Shown one piece after another: positions 59,240 to 64,000 of a stretch of 64,000 bases of DNA. Location of the stretch: NCBI GenBank assembly GCA_002730555.1, contig PCAM01000037.1, positions 85,630-149,629 on the forward strand, written 5' to 3'. Position numbers and translations under genes: made by a program. The notes under the pieces were generated by a model. It worked only from the letters and a program-made list of their open reading frames with translations, ran no database searches and had not been told where the DNA came from. Position 1 is the stretch's first letter, and the number at the start of each line of letters is the position of its first letter. This DNA is from Chloroflexota bacterium (GTDB lineage: Bacteria; Chloroflexota; Dehalococcoidia; Lucifugimonadales; Lucifugimonadaceae).

Positions 59240-60292
59240 ATGCACGCCACAAACACGGGGCCACCACTCCCTGACCGGGGCCGGATCACCGACGTTTCCG
59301 GTATCTCTGTGGGCCACTACACGGACCTGCAACACGGAACGGGCTGCACGGCGGTGCTGGTCGATGAGCCGGCCGTCGCAGGGATCGACGTTCGCGGCGC
59401 CGCCACCGCCAGCCGCGAAACACAGCTGCTACATCCACTCGCCACGATCGAGCACATCCACGGCGTGATGCTCTCGGGTGGAAGCGTTTTCGGTCTCGAT
59501 GCGGCGGCGGGAGTGGTCCGTTTTCTTGAGGAGAACAAGCGAGGTCTCAAGATCGGCCGTGCAGTGATCCCCATCGTGCCGGCGGCGAATATCTTCGATC
59601 TGGGGCTGCTCTCCCACGCCGTGCGCCCCACCGCGGACAACGGTTACGCGGCCGCTAGCGCTGCCGACCGGGAGTTTGAGCTTGGCACGGTAGGCGCCGG
59701 TACCGGGGCGACGGTCGGCAAGCTCAGAGGCGGCGACCACTCGACCAAGGGCGGGGTCGGCACGGCTTCGGTCTCACTCGGGGACGGGATACTGGTCGGG
59801 GCTATTGTGATCACGAACGCCGTCGGGAGCATCGTCGATCCTGGCACAGGAGCAGTTGTCGCCGGCCCTCGGACCGAGAACAGGTTCGAGAACACGATGG
59901 ATTTCCTCGTGGACAACCCGCCGCGCCTCAGAGACCTGATGGGTATTCGCAACTCCTCCCACACCGTCGTGGGTGTCCTTGCGACCAATGTCGGGTTGGA
60001 TAAAAAGGCCGCCAGCCGGTTCGCCGGCGCGGGGCAGGATGCGATCGCCATGGCCGTCCGTCCGGCGCACATGTCCGGCGACGGCGACATCGTTTTCGCG
60101 TTGGCCACCGGTACACATCCCCGACTGTCTGGCGAAGATGCCATCGCCGGGATAGAGGATCGTCTGCGCGCGGCCGCCATGCAGGCGATGGTGGGAGCGA
60201 TTCTTTCATCCATCGAACACGCCACCGGCCTGGGCGGCGTGCCATCGGCCGCCGAGCATGCCGCCGGAATAAGCCGGGAGACGAAACCGTGA
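59240..60292 (+). CDS. S58 (DmpA/BapA-type, P1 family) aminopeptidase
   Basis: ITDVSGISVGHYTD, GCTAVL, GGSVFGLDAAAGV, GAGTGATVGK, GGVGTAS, HTVVGVLATNVGL. Start trimmed to ATG 59240. The Arg/Pro-rich ORF-track leader is unlikely to be coding. Confidence 0.75.
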   Translation: MHATNTGPPLPDRGRITDVSGISVGHYTDLQHGTGCTAVLVDEPAVAGIDVRGAATASRETQLLHPLATIEHIHGVMLSGGSVFGLDAAAGVVRFLEENKRGLKIGRAVIPIVPAANIFDLGLLSHAVRPTADNGYAAASAADREFELGTVGAGTGATVGKLRGGDHSTKGGVGTASVSLGDGILVGAIVITNAVGSIVDPGTGAVVAGPRTENRFENTMDFLVDNPPRLRDLMGIRNSSHTVVGVLATNVGLDKKAASRFAGAGQDAIAMAVRPAHMSGDGDIVFALATGTHPRLSGEDAIAGIEDRLRAAAMQAMVGAILSSIEHATGLGGVPSAAEHAAGISRETKP

Positions 60293-61248
60293 CCGGAGAA
60301 CCCGTAATCGCACTGGACGCCTATACCTCGATCGGATTCGTAGGAGCGGGCCGCCTGGGCACCAGCGTTGCTTCTGCGTTGCATCGTGCCGAATTCCGTG
60401 TGGTCGCCGTCAGTTCCCGGAGCGACTTATCGCTGGAGGCGTTCGCAGAGCGCGTTCCCGGTTGTGTGCCCGTGCCCACCTCGCAAGACGTCGCCGATAT
60501 AGCCGACATCGTGTTCATTACGACTCCCGATGCGGTAATCGAGCCCGCGTGTAGCGCCATCTCGTGGCGAAGCGGCCAGGCCGTGATTCACTGCTCCGGT
60601 GCCCGGCCGGTCAGCGATCTGATTTCGGCGCAAGAATCGGGCGCGCGCACCGGCGGCGTGCACCCCCTCCAAACCTTTCCGAACCGGGACAGCGCCGATC
60701 TCATATCCGGAGCGTCCGCCGCGGTTGGATCGGACGATCCCGTATTGCTGGACTGGCTGCAAAAGACCGTCTACGTGCTCGGTGCGAAGCTGTTCACCAT
60801 CCGGGATGAGCACCGGGCCGCCTACCACGCCTCCGCCGTGATGGCGTGCGGGCTCGTCGCATCGCTGATGGGGCTGGCAGCGGAGGTCTGGGCGGAGATG
60901 GGCGTGTCCCGGGCCGAAGCACTGGACGCTCTGAGGCCGCTCACGGCGGCGACGGTGGAAAGCGTCGGCCGAAACGGGCTGCCGGAAGCGATTACGGGTC
61001 CCGCGTTGCGCGGGGATGTGGAGGTTATCAGGTTGCACCTGGAAGCGATGAAGAACCAGTCGACCGGTGTGGCGCACGCATACACAGCGCTCAATTACGA
61101 CGCCATGCCGCTGTTCGAGGAACACGATGGACTCTCCCCCGAGGCCGCCGAGGAGATAAAGAACTTGCTTCGCCAATCACTTGAAAGCCTGGACCGCTCC
61201 AATCCCGGGGGGACTGAGATTTCTGGCGTTAACGAAAGGGGGTCGTGA
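60289..61248 (+). CDS. Rossmann-fold NAD(P)-binding protein with DUF2520-like C-terminus, putative PanG-type ketopantoate reductase
   Basis: [13 protein letters not shown] (GxGxxG) at the N-terminus and ITGPALRGD in the C-terminal half. GTGA overlap with the upstream peptidase stop, and GTGATG overlap with the panB start. Confidence 0.6.
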   Translation: MTGEPVIALDAYTSIGFVGAGRLGTSVASALHRAEFRVVAVSSRSDLSLEAFAERVPGCVPVPTSQDVADIADIVFITTPDAVIEPACSAISWRSGQAVIHCSGARPVSDLISAQESGARTGGVHPLQTFPNRDSADLISGASAAVGSDDPVLLDWLQKTVYVLGAKLFTIRDEHRAAYHASAVMACGLVASLMGLAAEVWAEMGVSRAEALDALRPLTAATVESVGRNGLPEAITGPALRGDVEVIRLHLEAMKNQSTGVAHAYTALNYDAMPLFEEHDGLSPEAAEEIKNLLRQSLESLDRSNPGGTEISGVNERGS

Positions 61249-62063
61249 TGAGAGTGACGACCCGTCAGATTGCACAGATGAAGCGGCGTTCAGAGCGCAT
61301 CGTGATGGTCACGGCGTACGACGCGCTTTCGGCTGGCGCGGCTGAGCGGGCCGGTATCCCGATGGTGCTTGTAGGCGACAGTCTGGGACAGGTGGTGCTG
61401 GGCTACGACTCCACGGTGCCGGTGTCGATGGACGGCATGGTGGCCCACACGGCTGCGGTCACCCGATGCGCCCCATCTCCTTTGATCGTGGCCGATCTGC
61501 CCTTCCTGAGCTACCAGGTCTCAGAAGAACTGGCGCTCAGCAACGCCGCACGTTTGCTACAGGAAGGCGGCGCGCAGGCGGTGAAGCTGGAGGGCGGCGT
61601 GCCGGTCGCCCCGACGGTGAAGCGTTTGACGGACTCCGGCGTTGCGGTGATGGGCCACGTGGGATTCACACCGCAGTCTGTCCATCAACTTGGCGGATAC
61701 CGCGTGCAGGGTCGGGGAGAAAACGCGGCGGCTCGGTTGTTGGAAGATGCACTGGCACTTCAAGAGGCGGGCGCTTTTGCCGTGGTGCTTGAGTTGATGC
61801 CAAGCGAGGTCGCTGCAACGGTAACGGAGCGGTTGTCCGTGCCGACCATTGGTATCGGCGCTGGCCCTGACTGCGACGGGCAGGTGCAGGTGTTTCATGA
61901 TCTGCTGGGATTGCTGCCGGATTTCCGCCCCAAGCACGCAGGCCGCTACGGCGATCTCGCCGGTGTGATCGACGAGGCGTTGTCGCGGTACGCAGACGAT
62001 GTGCGCGGCAACAGATTCCCGACCGATGCGGAGTCGATTTCGATCAGCACGGATCAGAAGTAG
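61245..62063 (+). CDS. panB: 3-methyl-2-oxobutanoate hydroxymethyltransferase
   Basis: [47 protein letters not shown]. The start is either GTG 61245 or ATG 61248. Confidence 0.93.
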   Translation: MMRVTTRQIAQMKRRSERIVMVTAYDALSAGAAERAGIPMVLVGDSLGQVVLGYDSTVPVSMDGMVAHTAAVTRCAPSPLIVADLPFLSYQVSEELALSNAARLLQEGGAQAVKLEGGVPVAPTVKRLTDSGVAVMGHVGFTPQSVHQLGGYRVQGRGENAAARLLEDALALQEAGAFAVVLELMPSEVAATVTERLSVPTIGIGAGPDCDGQVQVFHDLLGLLPDFRPKHAGRYGDLAGVIDEALSRYADDVRGNRFPTDAESISISTDQK

Positions 62064-62100
62064 CCGTCGTTCTTACTTTGGGATCACACGAGATCACGCA

Positions 62101-62931
62101 GTGCAGGTAATCGAGACCGTGGCCTCCATGTGCGATGCGCGCGCATCTTTGGCGAGTCCGGTGGCGGTCGTTCCGACGCTTGGCGGGCTGCACGCCGGTC
62201 ATGTAGCGTTGTTTCACGCCGCCCGTGAGCGGGCCGGTTCGGTGATCGTCACGCTCTTCCTTAACCCCACACAGTTCGGTGAGAACGAAGACCTCGACTC
62301 GTACCCCGCAGATCGGGAACGCGACCTCGATATCATGCGTGAGGCCGGTGTGGACGCCGTTTTCGCCCCGTCCGTCGGAGAGATGTATCCGCCCGGCGAC
62401 ACGTTCTCGATCGACCCTGGTCCAATTGGCGATTGCTTAGAAGGGGCGCAGCGGCCCGGCCACTTCCGTGCGGTGGCAACGGTCGTCGCAAAGCTGTTCA
62501 ACGCAACTCGTCCGAACCTGACCTACTTCGGAGAGAAGGACGCCCAGCAACTTGAGGTCGTGCGGCGCCTGGCTCGGGATATGCCGTTTGGGATCGAGGT
62601 CGTTCCGGTGCCAACGGTGCGCGACGAACGCGGCTTGGCACTGAGCAGCCGGCTCGCCTACCTCTCAGATGCTGAGCGCTCGGCGGCGGAATGCGTCTAC
62701 GCGTCCCTTTGCACGACCCGTGACATGTGGGCCGCCGGTGAGCGCTCTACATCAACGCTGGAAAGCGCCATGCGGGCCGTGATCGAGAGCGAACCTCTCG
62801 CTACACTTGGTTACGCAGCGGTTGTTGATCCCGGGACTTTCGAGTCTTGGAATAACGGGGCGAACCCTCTGGCGCTGGCCGCTGTGGTGATAGGAACTAC
62901 GCGGCTGATCGACAATATCCGGCTGAACTGA
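62101..62931 (+). CDS. panC: pantoate--beta-alanine ligase
   Basis: VPTLGGLHAGH, FLNPTQF, RPGHFRAVATVV.KLFN, FGEKDAQQ. Trimmed to GTG 62101, because the ORF-track start overlaps panB. Confidence 0.92.
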   Translation: MQVIETVASMCDARASLASPVAVVPTLGGLHAGHVALFHAARERAGSVIVTLFLNPTQFGENEDLDSYPADRERDLDIMREAGVDAVFAPSVGEMYPPGDTFSIDPGPIGDCLEGAQRPGHFRAVATVVAKLFNATRPNLTYFGEKDAQQLEVVRRLARDMPFGIEVVPVPTVRDERGLALSSRLAYLSDAERSAAECVYASLCTTRDMWAAGERSTSTLESAMRAVIESEPLATLGYAAVVDPGTFESWNNGANPLALAAVVIGTTRLIDNIRLN

Positions 62932-62987
62932 ATCACAATTATCGGAAATAACCCGGGCGCTCACAGCCCGTCAGGTGAAACAACGTA

Positions 62988-63821
62988 TTGCGAATTCTGA
63001 TCTCCAACGATGACGGCGCATTTAACTCGGCCCTCTGGGCGATGGTGGAGGTCGTGAAGGATCTCGGCGACGTCATCGTATCGGCGCCAGACCGCGACCG
63101 CAGTGGTGTCGGTTCCGGGCTGACGCTCAACGATCCGTTACGTGCGAAGTCGATCACGTCTCCCGTTTCGGGTGTTGACGCATGGGCCGTCGAAGGCACG
63201 CCGGGCGATGCCGTGATTCTCGGTCTGAAGCAACTATCCAAAGGGCCGGTCGACCTCGTGCTCTGCGGGATGAATCCCGGTAATAACGTGGGCGCAGATC
63301 TGACCGTATCCGGCACTATTGGAGCCGGTCTTCAGGGTTACCTGAACGGGGTCGCCACCGCGGCGATATCGGTCGGACTCAGAGTTGACGCGGAATCCCC
63401 GATAATCGGAGCGGCGGTACACGACCTTGCGGAGTCGATGCTCAACCACGTCGCTTCTGGTGGTCCAAAGCCGTTTGTGAACGTGAACTTCCCGAAAATC
63501 GATGACGGCCCTTACTTGGGAGCGATGCTGGCCAAACCCAGTAAACGCATCCCGGGCGCATCGGATACCGTCGAGACTCAGACGCGCGGCGTGCGAACCA
63601 TCTACTGGATTCAACGCCCGCCGTCGGCGCTGAATGAAGCATCGGCAAGTGAGCCAGGTACAGACGTTTGGGCCATGCGGAACAGCTGGGTATCGCTGAC
63701 CCCGCTCGATGGCGGGCTGGCGGAAACAAGTCCGCATGAGTTTGCGCATCAGGGCGTCGATGTACTGCACCGGTCCGTGACAATCCATCCCGGACAGCAG
63801 ACGGATCAAGCCGCAGGTTAG
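62988..63821 (+). CDS. surE: 5'/3'-nucleotidase SurE
   Basis: MRILISNDDG, SAPDRDRSG, GTPGDAV, SGTIGAG. TTG start. Confidence 0.9.
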   Translation: MRILISNDDGAFNSALWAMVEVVKDLGDVIVSAPDRDRSGVGSGLTLNDPLRAKSITSPVSGVDAWAVEGTPGDAVILGLKQLSKGPVDLVLCGMNPGNNVGADLTVSGTIGAGLQGYLNGVATAAISVGLRVDAESPIIGAAVHDLAESMLNHVASGGPKPFVNVNFPKIDDGPYLGAMLAKPSKRIPGASDTVETQTRGVRTIYWIQRPPSALNEASASEPGTDVWAMRNSWVSLTPLDGGLAETSPHEFAHQGVDVLHRSVTIHPGQQTDQAAG

Positions 63822-63866
63822 CAGGCTAGCCTGGTTTATTTTGGAGTCTTGTCCCGTTACGCGGGT

Positions 63867-64000
63867 TTAGCTGGTTTCATCCGCAGCGTGAAGCGCTTTG
63901 GCTCCTTCGGCCATTCCTCGGCTCAGTAGATCGACTTCACTTGAGTAGCAGATGATCTTGGCCCCGGCCTTGATCCATTGTTCGCCCTGCTCGATGGAAT
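63867..64000 (-). CDS. 3' end of a gene, possibly HpcH/HpaI-type aldolase (5' part outside window)
   Basis: Minus-strand frame reads ...SIEQGEQWIKAGAKIICYSSEVDLLSRGMAEGAKALHAADETS* with its stop at 63867-63869. The family guess is weak. Confidence 0.3.
   Translation of the reverse strand, partial: SIEQGEQWIKAGAKIICYSSEVDLLSRGMAEGAKALHAADETS

Noticed and set aside
63822-63866. Palindrome CAGGCTAGCCTG followed by GTTTATTTT after surE as a terminator.
   Set aside because: The stem would be only 4-5 bp with a 2-4 nt loop, too weak to call. It is noted only as a possible convergent-gene boundary.
1-64000. Search for CRISPR arrays, tRNA/rRNA/tmRNA/RNase P genes, IS elements, integrases, toxin-antitoxin pairs and restriction or other defence genes.
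   Set aside because: I saw no short regularly spaced repeats, no cloverleaf-like candidates in the few spacers over 100 nt, no transposase, recombinase or reverse-transcriptase motifs, and no terminal inverted repeats. Absence is by eye only and should be confirmed with tRNAscan, Infernal and ISfinder-type tools.

Overview
GC-rich (about 60% by eye) bacterial chromosomal segment, almost fully coding. I see no rRNA, tRNA, CRISPR array, transposase, integrase or phage genes.

Layout:
1. 0-9.3 kb, accessory-looking block: an oxidoreductase tail, five tandem family III (CaiB/BaiF-type) CoA-transferase paralogs, an SMP-30/gluconolactonase-type protein, and a tandem universal-stress-protein gene broken by an in-frame TGA.
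2. 9.4-19.6 kb: an 11-gene nuoABCDHIJKLMN operon on the minus strand with no nuoEFG.
3. 19.8-24.0 kb: trpB, dCMP deaminase, and a folE / FolM-like pteridine reductase / FolB-FolX cluster preceded by a MoaD/CysO-like Gly-Gly protein.
4. 24.2-30.8 kb: a three-subunit molybdenum hydroxylase (CoxL/S/M architecture, no CO-dehydrogenase signature), divergent from two paralogous amidohydrolases.
5. 30.9-32.3 kb: a decayed histidine kinase and an OmpR-family regulator with a degenerate receiver domain.
6. 32.7-54.0 kb: the str-S10-spc-alpha ribosomal super-operon (rpsL to rpsI, including secY, adk, map, infA, rpmJ, rpoA, truA), with no tuf.
7. 54.2-64.0 kb: prmC, prfA, hisS, a GuaB3-like protein, then S58/DmpA peptidase, PanG-like reductase, panB and panC, followed by surE and a partial aldolase-like gene.

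Many genes use GTG or TTG starts. I trimmed several ORF-track starts to starts supported by a ribosome-binding site or by homology. Gene content and order suggest Chloroflexota, possibly SAR202-like, but that is inference only.

I do not see a defence island, mobile element or clearly unprecedented system. The most promising leads are:
- the five-copy CoA-transferase array;
- the DmpA-type peptidase translationally coupled to pantothenate genes, a possible beta-alanine supply route;
- the Mo-hydroxylase plus twin-amidohydrolase locus;
- the pterin cluster;
- two genes carrying in-frame stop codons.
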